Shown piece by piece: positions 28,370 to 38,360 of a stretch of DNA of 61,756 bases. Numbering within the stretch: the first letter of the stretch is position 1; every line of letters starts with the position of its first letter. The DNA comes from Thermoplasmatales archaeon SW_10_69_26 (lineage in GTDB: Archaea; Thermoplasmatota; SW-10-69-26), in contig PXUB01000004.1 in NCBI GenBank assembly GCA_003009755.1, positions 1-61,756 of the forward strand, read 5' to 3'. A model generated the notes under the pieces. The model was not told the DNA's origin, searched no databases, and was given only the letters and a program-made list of their open reading frames with translations. Made by a program: the position numbers and the translations under genes.

Positions 28370-29077
28370 TCAGAGGCTGTGTTCGGTCTCGTGGGGTCCC
28401 TCTTCGCCTTCCTCTTCGGCGTCGTCGGCCTCGGCCTCCTCGTCTTCGGCTCCCTCGAGGACCTCGGCCTCCTCGGCCTCCTCCTCTTCGAGCTCCTCCT
28501 CTTCTTCCTCCTCTTCGAGCTCGGTCGAGCCGATGGCGGTCGCGCCCTTCATCATTTCCTCGATGTTCTTGGGGACCTCGCCCTCGACCTCGCGGTCGCA
28601 GGGGATCGGGAGCTTCATGTAGGCGCGGCGGAGGGACTCCTTGGCGACGTCGTAGAACTGCCAGTGGGTGCGGACCGTGATGATCGGCTGGCCCACGTCG
28701 ATCCGGGCCGCGGCGCCGACCGGCTTGCCGAACGAGTTGCGCATCCCGCTGGAGATCCGGTCGGCCCCGGCGCCGGCCGCCTGCTTGTTGTGGCGGACGA
28801 CGTGGTGGGGGTAAACGCGCACCTTGATGTGGTACCCGAGCGACCCGCAGTTCTTCACGAGGGCTCGGTTGGCCGCGACGCGGGCGGCCTCGAGGGCACC
28901 GTGACGGATCTGGCACTTCTCGCCCGCCTTGAGGTGCAGGACAGCATCGAAGTCGCCCTGCTTGTTGCCCAGCTCGAACTGGGTCAAGCGGAGGCCAGGC
29001 ACCCCGTCGATGTACTCTTTGCGGGTGTAGGCCTGGCTGTTGACTTCCCGGTACATGCTGCCTGGCTGTTCGCCCAT
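28370..29077 (-). CDS. rpl10e: 50S ribosomal protein L10e (uL16) with an acidic tail
   Basis: P.SMYR, YTRKEYI, QIRHGALEAAR, RVYPHHVVR, GAGADR.S.GMR.SFGKP and LRRA.MKLP motifs. Confidence 0.96.
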   Translation of the reverse strand: MGEQPGSMYREVNSQAYTRKEYIDGVPGLRLTQFELGNKQGDFDAVLHLKAGEKCQIRHGALEAARVAANRALVKNCGSLGYHIKVRVYPHHVVRHNKQAAGAGADRISSGMRNSFGKPVGAAARIDVGQPIITVRTHWQFYDVAKESLRRAYMKLPIPCDREVEGEVPKNIEEMMKGATAIGSTELEEEEEEEELEEEEAEEAEVLEGAEDEEAEADDAEEEGEEGPHETEHSL

Positions 29078-29140
29078 CGTTGGTGCGCCTCGTCCGGTCG
29101 GAGTAAGAGGAAAGTGAAAAAGCTTGCGTGCGTGGACCCG

Positions 29141-29309
29141 CCGGCTGTCTGGTTAAGCAGGGGCCGCGAAGGACACGAAGGATCGCCGAGGCCACGAAGG
29201 GCCTGTGACTTCGCCGCCGGGCGGCCTTGTCACGGCAGCTGCTCCCCGTTGTGCTCTGGCGTCCCCTCGCGTCCTTGGTGGTCCCCCCCGTTTCTTATCC
29301 TTACAGCCC
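29141..29309. mobile_element. MITE-like element, copy 1
   Basis: Near-identical to 39090-39257; imperfect terminal inverted repeats (GCTGTCTGGTTAAG / CTTATCCTTACAGC); flanked by the 10-bp direct repeat CGTGGACCCG (29131-29140 and 29310-29319). Confidence 0.8.
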
Positions 29310-29434
29310 CGTGGACCCGGCCCCGAGCGGGGGAGGCTGGGTCGGCTGCGGCACGGCCATCGGGCGTCGAGCCCGCGGGACCGGCTCCGAGCGAAAACGC
29401 AACGCTGATGAACGGACACCGGAGTCAGCCGGTG

Positions 29435-29602
29435 ATGCCCCCAGGAGTCGAGGAGGAGCACGTTCCGGCCACGCCTGCCATCGGGATCACGTTGATCCTG
29501 CTGGGCCTGATGTTGATCCTCGGCATCCTGGACCTGGACACCCTGCTGGGCGTGGGTGGGGTCGTGATCGGTGTGCTGATCCTGCTTGGCGAGTTCGCCT
29601 GA
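29435..29602 (+). CDS. Small two-TM membrane protein
   Basis: AIGITLILLGLMLILGILDLDTLLGVGGVVIGVLILLGEFA; start uncertain. Confidence 0.55.
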   Translation: MPPGVEEEHVPATPAIGITLILLGLMLILGILDLDTLLGVGGVVIGVLILLGEFA

Positions 29603-29630
29603 GGCGGATCCCTCGGAGAGAATCAGAGCC

Positions 29631-29783
29631 TCAATCGTCGGACTGTTCTTGCTGCCTCTGGGCCACCCGCTTGTTCCCACATGTGTTGCACACGTAGACG
29701 GGCCCCGGACTGCCGGGATCGTCGAACTTGAACTTGTTCTCCGAGGCCTGGATGACCTTCCCGCAGTCAGCACACTGCAGCAT
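29631..29783 (-). CDS. Small zinc-finger microprotein (CxxCG...CxxCG)
   Basis: MLQCADCGK...VCNTCGNK, 50 aa; shares the AT-rich box at 29808-29818 with divergent aglB. Confidence 0.7.
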   Translation of the reverse strand: MLQCADCGKVIQASENKFKFDDPGSPGPVYVCNTCGNKRVAQRQQEQSDD

Positions 29784-29841
29784 CGGCGGCGGCAGTACCG
29801 AGAACACAATAAGCTTAACTCCTGGACCGGTTCGGCCGCCG

Positions 29842-32478
29842 GTGGTCCTGAACGACATCCGGGAGAAAGTCCCGGACCGGGTCGAGAAGCTCGTCCACGT
29901 CTCCTGGGAGTGGGTCGTGGTCGCCGTTCTGGCTCGGTTCATGTTCGTGACGCGGATGAAAACCTTCGACGAGTTCAACACCGACGCCGGAGTGTGGTTC
30001 TTCGGCACCGACGCCTACTACCACACCCGCCACGTCGTCTACACCGTCGCGAACTTCCCGAAGACGCTCGACTACGATGCCTTGACCCAGTACCCGCTGG
30101 GGACGACCGCCGGGCAGTTCGGGACCCTGTTCGACCAGATCGCGGCCGCGATGGCGTGGCTGTTGGGCCTCGTCGTGGACGGGGGTGCCCCCACGCGGGA
30201 CACCATCCTCGACGTGATGACCGCCTACCCGGCCATCCTCGGCGCGGTGGCGATCGTGCCGATCTACCTGGTCGTGCGGGACATGTTCGGTCGGGCGCCG
30301 GCGCTGTTCGCCGCCGTGGCGACCGCGCTGATCCCGGGCTCGTTCCTGATCCGCACGATCGCCGGCTTCAGCGACCACCACGGGCTCGAGATCGTGCTCT
30401 CGACGACCGCCGTCTGGGCCAGCTACCGCGCGTTCACCGCGTGGGAGGCCCGCGAGCTCACGCTCGAGGGCGTCGCCGACGACCCGGCGAGCCTCTACCA
30501 CGACCACCGGGGCGCGCTGGGGGTCTCGCTGTTGGCTGCCTTGGCCTTCTGGGCCTACCTGGCCGCGTGGCCGCCGGGCGTCCTGTTCGTCGGCATCGTC
30601 GGCCTGTGGTTCGTGCTGCAGACGATGGTCGAGACCGCCCGCGGGCAGGATCCGATCGATCCGATCGTGACCGGCGCGACCGTGTTCGGGTTCCTGAGCC
30701 TGATGATGATCCCCTACGCGCTGGGTAGCCCCCGCGGGGGGTTCTCCGCGTTGGACTTCACCTGGATGCAGCCCTCGGCTCCGCTGTTGGCCGGGCTCGG
30801 TCTGGTCGGGCTCGGCGCGCTGACGTGGGTCTGGCGGGACCGCGAGCTGCCGGACCCGGCCTACCCGTTCGCCGCGATCGGCGCTGGCCTGGCCGGCCTC
30901 GCCGTGCTGTGGGTGCTGTTGCCGGACCTCGTCGGGGAGACCCTGTCGGGCACCTCGTGGGTGACCGGGATCGGCGTCGACCCGACCCGCCGAACGATCC
31001 GGGAAGCCCAGCCGGCGGAGTTCGGCCGCCTGGGCAGCCAGTTCGGCTGGCTGTACATCAGCGCGGGCGTGGCCTTCGTGCTCGCCCTCGTCGGCGTCTT
31101 CGCCAAGCCCGAGCGGCGGACGAACACGCTGGTCGTCGTCTGGGCCACCCTGATGACGATGGGCACGTTCACGCAGTCGCGGTTCCTCTACTACCTGGCC
31201 GTCGCGGTCATCGTCCTGAACGGGTACCTCGCGTCCCGGTTGTTCGACGCCGCCGACGTCTTCGCCCGCGAGTCCCGCGAGCTCGACGAGGACGCCGAGC
31301 TGGGGTGGACCGGGTCCCACACAGCCGTCGTGGTCGTGCTCGCGCTGATCTTGCTGCCGACGAACGTGACCGGGTTCTGGGCGCCCTGCGACGGGTCGAC
31401 GAACGCCTGGTCGGCCGCCGGCTGCTTCGGCGGACCGGGCGAAAGTCGCCTGTGGTCGGAGGAGCTGGGCTGGATGGAGGACAACACGGCCGATCCCCAG
31501 CTGGGCTTGCGGGACACCTTCGAGCAGCCCGACGCCGAGCGCTACGCGTATCCGCAGGACATGTACGGCGTGTTGTCCTGGTGGGACTACGGGCACCAGA
31601 TCCTCTACGACGGCGAACGGGCGCCGGTCGCCAACCCCTTCCAGCAGCAAGCGCCGCTGGCCAGCCAGATCTTCACCGCGCCCAACGAATCCCGCGCGCT
31701 CGACCACTTGGACGAGTACCTGGGCGACGACAACCACGCCCGCTACCTCATGATCGACGACGCGATGGCTGCCACGAAGCTCGGGGCCATCACCGTGTGG
31801 GCGGGCGAGCGCGACACCTACGAGGAGGGGCAGCTCCGCACCTACGACGCCGAGCAGCAACAGCGCCCGCTCGAGTTGCGCAGCCCCAGCGACGAGGTGC
31901 GCAGCTGGTTCCTGCAGGACGTCTACCACAACGACGGGGACGGCATGCACCACTTCCGGCTCGTCAAGGAGCATCCCCAGTTCACGCTCATCGGCAGCTC
32001 GGCCCAGGTCACCGACCAGGGCTCGCGCGTCTCCGGGTACAACACGTTCCTGGCGCGCGGCTCGTGGGACGATCTCAGCGACATCCAGCGTGACCAGGCC
32101 TACCCCGGGCGGGGCGACACCGTCATCTACGACGCCCAGCCCGAGTCGCGGTTGAAGACCTACGAACGGGTGCCGGGCGCTCACCTCGTCGGCGAGGCCG
32201 CGCCCGGCACGACCGTGAACGCCTCCCTGGACCTGGAGGCGAAGACGAGCGGGCGTCCGTTCACCTACGAGGTGAGCCAGGAGGTCGGCGAGGACGGCCG
32301 GTTCAACCTGACGGTCGCCTACAGCACGGACGACACCGTCGGGCCCGCCGAGGGCGGCACCGACCAAGCCGTCGAGGCTGTCGGCTCCTACACGGTGGAG
32401 ATCGGGAGCCAGACGACCCAGGTCGACGTGCCCGAACCGGCCGTGCTGGACGGGCAGCCGGTCCCGGTCGGGTCCTAG
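29842..32478 (+). CDS. aglB: Oligosaccharyltransferase (STT3 family)
   Basis: DAYYH, SDHH, TIRE, QSRF.YY, SWWDYG and ANPFQQ motifs; multiple TM helices; GTG start inferred. Confidence 0.93.
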   Translation: MVLNDIREKVPDRVEKLVHVSWEWVVVAVLARFMFVTRMKTFDEFNTDAGVWFFGTDAYYHTRHVVYTVANFPKTLDYDALTQYPLGTTAGQFGTLFDQIAAAMAWLLGLVVDGGAPTRDTILDVMTAYPAILGAVAIVPIYLVVRDMFGRAPALFAAVATALIPGSFLIRTIAGFSDHHGLEIVLSTTAVWASYRAFTAWEARELTLEGVADDPASLYHDHRGALGVSLLAALAFWAYLAAWPPGVLFVGIVGLWFVLQTMVETARGQDPIDPIVTGATVFGFLSLMMIPYALGSPRGGFSALDFTWMQPSAPLLAGLGLVGLGALTWVWRDRELPDPAYPFAAIGAGLAGLAVLWVLLPDLVGETLSGTSWVTGIGVDPTRRTIREAQPAEFGRLGSQFGWLYISAGVAFVLALVGVFAKPERRTNTLVVVWATLMTMGTFTQSRFLYYLAVAVIVLNGYLASRLFDAADVFARESRELDEDAELGWTGSHTAVVVVLALILLPTNVTGFWAPCDGSTNAWSAAGCFGGPGESRLWSEELGWMEDNTADPQLGLRDTFEQPDAERYAYPQDMYGVLSWWDYGHQILYDGERAPVANPFQQQAPLASQIFTAPNESRALDHLDEYLGDDNHARYLMIDDAMAATKLGAITVWAGERDTYEEGQLRTYDAEQQQRPLELRSPSDEVRSWFLQDVYHNDGDGMHHFRLVKEHPQFTLIGSSAQVTDQGSRVSGYNTFLARGSWDDLSDIQRDQAYPGRGDTVIYDAQPESRLKTYERVPGAHLVGEAAPGTTVNASLDLEAKTSGRPFTYEVSQEVGEDGRFNLTVAYSTDDTVGPAEGGTDQAVEAVGSYTVEIGSQTTQVDVPEPAVLDGQPVPVGS

Positions 32479-35010
32479 TCAGGGTTCGGTCGCCACGCGC
32501 ACGGCGAACCCGGTCGCGATCAGCGGGATCGAGGCCCACACCAGGTTGACGGCGGGCAGGCGCTCGACGCCCATGGCCACGGCCTCGACCTCGCCGGTCA
32601 GGTCCGCCGGCCGGGGGCCGTTGGCCTCGATCCAGGTCGCGTTGGCGCCCGGTTGGTCGACGCGGATCGCCAACGGCGTGCTCGTGTCGGCGTTCAAGGC
32701 CACGTCGCCCCACCAGGCGCGGGCCGAGGGCGAGCCCTCCGGCACGAAGCTGCCCTGCCCGGCCAACCCGGTGGAGGGCGAGTACGACAGCGCCAGCGTC
32801 TCCTCGGCGACGAAGCCCTCGCCGCGCGTCACGTGCACGGTGGCGCTAACCCGGTCCGTGCGGCCGTCGCCGTCCCCGTCCTCCAAGGCTCCGTCGACGA
32901 GCTCGACCTCGTGGGCACCCACATCGGCCGGCTGCCCGCGGACGACGGGCTCGCCCTGGTCGAACGTCCAGGTGCTGGCACCGTAGGTGGACAAGGCGAC
33001 GCCGAGCACGAGCACGGCCAACCCGGCGTGGATCAATGGCACGCCGACGGTTACCAAGGAGCCCTGCTCCGTGCTGCGGCGGTCGACGAGGCCCGCCAGG
33101 AGGGCTGCCAGGGCGCCAAGGCCGTAGCCGACGGCTAGCACGCCCAACGCGGGGCCGACCCATCGCCCGGCTCGCCCGCGCGTCTCGACGAAGGGAGCCA
33201 CGATCGCACCCAGGCTGGCCGCCAGCCCGACCACGAGGTAGCCCGGCGGCGACGCCAGGGACAGGCCAGCCACGGTGACGGCGCCTGGCCAGGCCCACTG
33301 CACCAGGCCCAGCAGGCCCGCCCCCCCCAGCAGTCCGGCCCGCCAGCGCGCCCGGCGGTCGCCTTGCGGGGTGGCTCGACGCAGGTACACCACGCCGAGG
33401 GCGCCCAGCGTGACCAAGCCGACGGGCACGGCGGCCCACGCCCACGAGCCGGTGAGGAACCGAGCCAGCAGGCCCACGCCCAGGCCGCCGCCGACGGAGA
33501 CCCGCCGGGTGGACCACGCGCCGGGGTGGAAGGCCAACCCGACGAGGCCGAGCACGGCCGCGCCGAGGTAGGGAGCTCGCGCCCAGTACACGTCGGCGCG
33601 GTAGCCGTTCACGCCGAGCACGAGCAACAGCCCGCTCGCCACCGCGATCAACGCCAACAGGGCGGCGGCCAGCGTCAGCTGACCTCCGCGCGTCCGGGCC
33701 GAGACGGGCGTGTCCTCCGGCGAGCGCAGCAGCCCGTACGCCAGCGGGACGGCGGCGACGGCGACGACGAGCATCACGCCGACCAGCGGGCGACCGAAGC
33801 TGAGAGCCCCGGCCGTGGCGGCGAGGACCTGCACGGTCTGCGTCGGCGCCAGCAGGCCGGCGAGCCCGATCGCGGCGTACACGCCGGCCACCACGCCCCA
33901 CCAACGCCCGCCCTCGTCGGTCTCGCGGGCGTGGAAGGCCGCCATCGCGCTCGTGGCGGCGCCGAGACCGAGGGCGAACAGGCGGGTGGCGAAGGCGGGC
34001 TGGAAGCCGGCCTCGACGGCGGCCGTCAGCCGCTGCATCGGGTCCTCGATGGCGACCGACAACCCGACCGGCAGGAACGCGTGCACGCTCGACCACAACC
34101 CGGTGCGGGTGACGAAGGAGCCGAACAGGACGAGCACGAAGGCCAACACGGCCGAACTCGGCGTCAACAGTCCCAGCCATCCGCGCCGGTTCACGGGGGC
34201 CGCGTGCAGGTACACCGTCAACGCCAGGAACGGGAGCAGGTTGGCGACCTCGACGGGGTCCCAGATCCAGTACCCGCCGAAGGAGAGGACGTTGTAGGCC
34301 CACAACCCGCCAAGCGTGAGCGCCGCCAGGAAGGACAGCCACGCGGCCCGGGCCCACGGGCGGGCCCGCTGGCGGGTGTTCTCGCCGGTGAACAGGTGCA
34401 CCAGGCCGTAGGCGAAGGGGATCGCGGTCAGGCCGTAGGCGAGGAACTCGACGACGGGGTGGATGCTCATGTACGGGCTCTCGAGCAAGGGGTTGAGGCC
34501 GTCGCCGGCCGGGCGCAGGCTCGTCGGCGAGGGGCCGGAGGCCCCCAGCTGGAAGCCCTCCTCGGCGGTGAGGCCGTAGAGGGCGGTCTCCGCGCCCAGG
34601 TGAAGGGCGACAGGTGCCACGAGCAGCACCGTGGCGACGAGCAACAGCACGGTGCGGGCCCGCCGCCAGGCGCGGCCGGTGGCGCGGCGGGTCTCGAACG
34701 CGGTGGCGGTGGCGATCACGCCCGACCACAGGAGGAACGTGCCGGCTTGGCCGCCCCAGACGCCGGCGACGCGCAGCCACCAGGGGTAGGAGCGGTCGAC
34801 GTTCTCCCAGACGTAGAAGACCGACAGGTCCCCGCGGAGGAACGCCCAGACGAGCACGAGCAGGCTCAGACCCGTGGCGGCCGCGGCCGCGGTCGGGAGG
34901 CGCCGGGCGGCGGGTCGGAACCGTGGCCAGGCGTGGCTGGCGGCGCTGGCGAGCAGGGCCAGCGTGGTGGCGGCGGCCGCCAACCAAACGGTCCCGGTGA
35001 CCGGCGTCAT
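32479..35010 (-). CDS. ccmF: Cytochrome c biogenesis heme lyase CcmF
   Basis: WGGQAGTFLLW, GLNPLLE..M.IHP, LGGLWAY..L.FGGYWIWDPVE, LH, FVTRTG..SSVHAF and LIHAG motifs; ATG 35010 coupled to the upstream stop. Confidence 0.9.
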   Translation of the reverse strand: MTPVTGTVWLAAAATTLALLASAASHAWPRFRPAARRLPTAAAAATGLSLLVLVWAFLRGDLSVFYVWENVDRSYPWWLRVAGVWGGQAGTFLLWSGVIATATAFETRRATGRAWRRARTVLLLVATVLLVAPVALHLGAETALYGLTAEEGFQLGASGPSPTSLRPAGDGLNPLLESPYMSIHPVVEFLAYGLTAIPFAYGLVHLFTGENTRQRARPWARAAWLSFLAALTLGGLWAYNVLSFGGYWIWDPVEVANLLPFLALTVYLHAAPVNRRGWLGLLTPSSAVLAFVLVLFGSFVTRTGLWSSVHAFLPVGLSVAIEDPMQRLTAAVEAGFQPAFATRLFALGLGAATSAMAAFHARETDEGGRWWGVVAGVYAAIGLAGLLAPTQTVQVLAATAGALSFGRPLVGVMLVVAVAAVPLAYGLLRSPEDTPVSARTRGGQLTLAAALLALIAVASGLLLVLGVNGYRADVYWARAPYLGAAVLGLVGLAFHPGAWSTRRVSVGGGLGVGLLARFLTGSWAWAAVPVGLVTLGALGVVYLRRATPQGDRRARWRAGLLGGAGLLGLVQWAWPGAVTVAGLSLASPPGYLVVGLAASLGAIVAPFVETRGRAGRWVGPALGVLAVGYGLGALAALLAGLVDRRSTEQGSLVTVGVPLIHAGLAVLVLGVALSTYGASTWTFDQGEPVVRGQPADVGAHEVELVDGALEDGDGDGRTDRVSATVHVTRGEGFVAEETLALSYSPSTGLAGQGSFVPEGSPSARAWWGDVALNADTSTPLAIRVDQPGANATWIEANGPRPADLTGEVEAVAMGVERLPAVNLVWASIPLIATGFAVRVATEP

Positions 35011-36257
35011 GCCTGATCCCCGCTGTTCTCGGTGAGGAGCCCCTCGAGGATGGCCACGACGCGGTCGTGGTCGGCGACGCCGGTCTCGACGTGGCGGATC
35101 ACGCCCTGCGCGTCGACGATGACCTCGGTCGAGAGCGTGCCCACGCCGTAGTCGCTGGCGACCTCCCCCTGCTCGTCCACGGCGACCGGCCACGTGATGC
35201 CGTGCTCGTCGACGAACGACCCCAGCGACGAGGGCGACTCCCACGGATCGACGCCGATCGAGACGATCTGCACCCGGTCGCCGAACTCGTCGCGCAGCTG
35301 GGTGAGGTGGCCGGCGTTCTCGGCGCAGCTGGGGCACCACGTCGCGAAGAACTCGACGACGACGGGGTGGCCCAGCATGGCGTCGAGGCTGATCGTCTCG
35401 CCCGCGAGCGTCGTCAGCTCGAAGGAGGGAGCCCGCGTCTGGCCCTCGGGCGGTCCACGGACGTCGACCAGGTTCGCGTACACGGTGTAGGTCTCGCCGG
35501 CGCGGGGGTGGTTGCCGTCGACGGTGAAGGTCCGGTCGCCCGCCTCGACCACGGTGAGGTAGGTGTCGAGGTCGGCGGCCTGCACGCTCGTGCCGGCCTG
35601 GGCCTGGTGGCGGACGACGAGGTGATCCTCGGTCCAGTCGACGAGCTCGGATCCGAACAGGCAAAAGCGCTCGTTGCACCAGTCGTCGACCGCGAGCTGG
35701 CGACCGACGTCCTCGTCGGTGGGCTCGATCTCGAAGGAGCCGTTGGCGGTCGGGCTCCCGTTCCACGTGTGTCCGTAGGCCCGCGAGCTATCGACGATGC
35801 GCGGCAGCTGTTGGACCCGCTCGTGCTCCTCGACGAGGGCCTCGCGGTGGGGTCCCCAGGCTTGCACGTCCTCGACCAGGCGGTGCTCGTCCTCGGTCAG
35901 CCCCTTGAGGTGGTCGACGAGGGCGTCGGTGAGCGGGCTCGCGTTGGCGAACGCCGGTGGGAGATGGGCCGGGCGATCGCCGGCGAGCACGTAGCGCTGG
36001 CGGGCATCGGGGCAGCCTCGGGCGCCGAGGGCGGGCAACCGATCGCCGCACAGCTCGGTGGTGTCGGTGTCGGTGTCGGGCCAGGCAACGTCCCCGCCGT
36101 CGGCGACGACGAGCTCGATCTCGGCCAAGTCGCCGCGACGAGCCGTCAGCTGGGTCGAGGGACCGGAGATGCAGCCGGTGAAGACCGAGCCGACCACGAG
36201 GAGGGCGACGAGCCACGCCCCCGCGCTCGCCGTCGAGCGGCCATCTGGGGGGCCCAC
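35007..36257 (-). CDS. Lipoprotein with an FKBP/SlyD-like domain fused to a TlpA/ResA(CcmG)-like thioredoxin
   Basis: VFTGC lipobox; AWGPHRE.LV and TVDGNHPRAGET FKBP-like motifs; APSFELTTL.GE...VEFFATWCPSC redoxin; start inferred. Confidence 0.75.
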   Translation of the reverse strand: MGPPDGRSTASAGAWLVALLVVGSVFTGCISGPSTQLTARRGDLAEIELVVADGGDVAWPDTDTDTTELCGDRLPALGARGCPDARQRYVLAGDRPAHLPPAFANASPLTDALVDHLKGLTEDEHRLVEDVQAWGPHREALVEEHERVQQLPRIVDSSRAYGHTWNGSPTANGSFEIEPTDEDVGRQLAVDDWCNERFCLFGSELVDWTEDHLVVRHQAQAGTSVQAADLDTYLTVVEAGDRTFTVDGNHPRAGETYTVYANLVDVRGPPEGQTRAPSFELTTLAGETISLDAMLGHPVVVEFFATWCPSCAENAGHLTQLRDEFGDRVQIVSIGVDPWESPSSLGSFVDEHGITWPVAVDEQGEVASDYGVGTLSTEVIVDAQGVIRHVETGVADHDRVVAILEGLLTENSGDQA

Positions 36258-36409
36258 GCCGACGCGAGGAAGCGACTCCTTCAAAAACGTTGCCGGATAT
36301 GGCCCCACCGGATGCGGCTCCCAGGGACGCTGTCTCGCCCGTCCTCGTGGCCAGGCCCCCACGAGCACGGCTATCCCGCCCCACGGAGCCGCCCTGCGGG
36401 GGCTCACCC

Positions 36410-37039
36410 GTGAGCTCGCTCGTGCGCGTCCGCGACCTCGTGCACGTCTACGACCGCCGACCGGTCCTGTCGGTGCCCGAGCTCGACGTGCCCGCCGGCC
36501 GATGGCACGTGGCCGGCCCCAACGGCGCCGGCAAGACGACCCTCCTGGGCATCCTGTCGACGTTGATCCGCCCCACGCGCGGGGAGATCGCGGTCGCCGG
36601 TCACCCCTTGCCCGAGCAGGCCCGCCAGGCGCGGGCCCGCCTGGGCTACGTCGGCCACGAACCCAGCCTGCACCCCGACCTGGCCGCCCGCGAGGCCCTG
36701 GCCATGCACGCGGGGTTCCACGAGGTCCCCCAGGCCCGCGTGGACGAGGCGCTGGCGACGTGGAGCCTAGCCGAACGGGGCTCGCGGTCGGTAGCCGAGC
36801 TGTCCTTCGGCCAACGCCGCCGGCTGGACCTGGCTCGGGCCCTGCTGCACGAGCCCGAGGTCCTCCTCCTCGACGAGCCGGCCCGCGGCCTCGACGAGGC
36901 CGGCCAAGCCACGCTGGCAGACCAGCTGGCCGGGGACGGCCCCGAGCTGGTCCTCGTCGGGGCGCCCGAACGGGCTCCTGTCGAGGTCGACGGGAAGATC
37001 CAGCTGGCCGACGGACGTGTGCAGGAGGCGCCGGCGTGA
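36410..37039 (+). CDS. ccmA: Heme-exporter-type ABC ATPase CcmA
   Basis: GPNGAGKTT, YVGHEP, LSFGQRRR and LLLDEP motifs; Ccm gene context. Confidence 0.8.
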   Translation: MSSLVRVRDLVHVYDRRPVLSVPELDVPAGRWHVAGPNGAGKTTLLGILSTLIRPTRGEIAVAGHPLPEQARQARARLGYVGHEPSLHPDLAAREALAMHAGFHEVPQARVDEALATWSLAERGSRSVAELSFGQRRRLDLARALLHEPEVLLLDEPARGLDEAGQATLADQLAGDGPELVLVGAPERAPVEVDGKIQLADGRVQEAPA

Positions 37040-37692
37040 TCGGCTCGCTGCTGGGGCACCACCTGCGGTGGCTGGCCTCGGCCCGCGACGTGGTCGCCAC
37101 GGCCCTGCTAGCCGTGGCCGTCGTCGGGCTCGTGGGCCTGTTGGCTCTCCACGATGCGCCCGACAGCGCCCGGGCCGCGGCCGCCATCGTGTGGCTGGTC
37201 GCCGCCATCGGTGGCCTGCTGGCCGGGGCCCGCGTCATCGCCGCCGAACGCCAAGGCGGCGGCCTGCGCGGCGTGCTGTTGGCGCCGGTCGACCGGCGGG
37301 ACGTGTTCCTGGCCCGCGGGTTGGCCTTGGGCTTGATCGCGGGCCTGGCCACCGCCGCCGCGCTCGCCGCGACGGTCGTGTTCTTCCCGACGCTGCCCGG
37401 CCACGGCGATCCCCGGCTCGTAGCCATCCCTGTGATCGCGGCGATCGGGCTCGGCCCGCTGGGCGCCTTGACGGGGCTGGCCTCGCTGTCGACCAGCGTC
37501 GGCGAGCTGCTGGCCACCGGGCTGGCGTTGCCGGTCTCGGGCCCGCTGATCGTGGCCGGCCTCCACGCCACCGAGGACCTGCTGGCGCGCTCGGCCGGCT
37601 GGGAGGCAAGCCTTACCTTCGCCACCGGGTATGCCGTGATGGTGGCTGCGCTCGCCTACCTCGTCAGCGAGCCCGCGACGGAGGTGGCCTGA
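37036..37692 (+). CDS. ccmB: CcmB-like permease
   Basis: Six TM segments; ER.GGGL.G.LLAP; coupled to ccmA. Confidence 0.75.
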   Translation: MIGSLLGHHLRWLASARDVVATALLAVAVVGLVGLLALHDAPDSARAAAAIVWLVAAIGGLLAGARVIAAERQGGGLRGVLLAPVDRRDVFLARGLALGLIAGLATAAALAATVVFFPTLPGHGDPRLVAIPVIAAIGLGPLGALTGLASLSTSVGELLATGLALPVSGPLIVAGLHATEDLLARSAGWEASLTFATGYAVMVAALAYLVSEPATEVA

Positions 37693-38360
37693 TGGATCGC
37701 GAGCGCTGGCTGGCCCCGATCCTGGCCGCCGGCGCCGGCCTCGTCGGCGCCGCGATCGCGGCCTCGCCCACCCCGCCCGAGTGCCTCCCCGGCACCCGTG
37801 TGCCGGGCTGCTGGGAGTACGCGCTCGGGCAACGCCTTCTCTACGTGCACGTGCCCTTAGCCTGGGTCGCCTACCTCGGGTTCATCGGAGCCACGATTGG
37901 CGCCGTGCTCGTCCTCGCAAGGGACAGCGAGCCCGCCGGCCGCTGGATGCGGGCCGCCAACGAGACCACCACGATCTTCGCCGCCAGCGCGCTCGCCGCC
38001 GGGTTGGCCTGGAGCTACGAGTTCCCGATCTACGACCCCTTGGCGGACGCCAAGGTGCAAGCCACGATCGTGCTCGTGGCCGCCCTCGTCGGCCTGTGGA
38101 CGCTGGCCGCCAGCGCCAACCCCGCCCAGCGCGACCGCCTGGTTGCCAGCCTGACCCCGGTCGCCTTCCTGAGCGTGCCCGCCAGCTACTACGCCTCCCG
38201 GCTCGTGTCCCCGCACCCGGACTTCCTGCGGGAGACCGAGCTCACCCTCGTCACCGGCCTGCTGCTGGCCGCCGCCACGGTCGGCTTCGCCCTCCTGTGG
38301 CTGGGCATCACGTGGCTGCGGCAACGCACCCTCCGCCTGGAGGAACGACCCCTATGGTGA
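37692..38360 (+). CDS. ccmC: CcmC-like cytochrome c assembly protein
   Basis: QRLLYVHVPLAW, G.AW and C-terminal HP motifs; the Trp-rich motif is degenerate. Confidence 0.75.
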   Translation: MDRERWLAPILAAGAGLVGAAIAASPTPPECLPGTRVPGCWEYALGQRLLYVHVPLAWVAYLGFIGATIGAVLVLARDSEPAGRWMRAANETTTIFAASALAAGLAWSYEFPIYDPLADAKVQATIVLVAALVGLWTLAASANPAQRDRLVASLTPVAFLSVPASYYASRLVSPHPDFLRETELTLVTGLLLAAATVGFALLWLGITWLRQRTLRLEERPLW

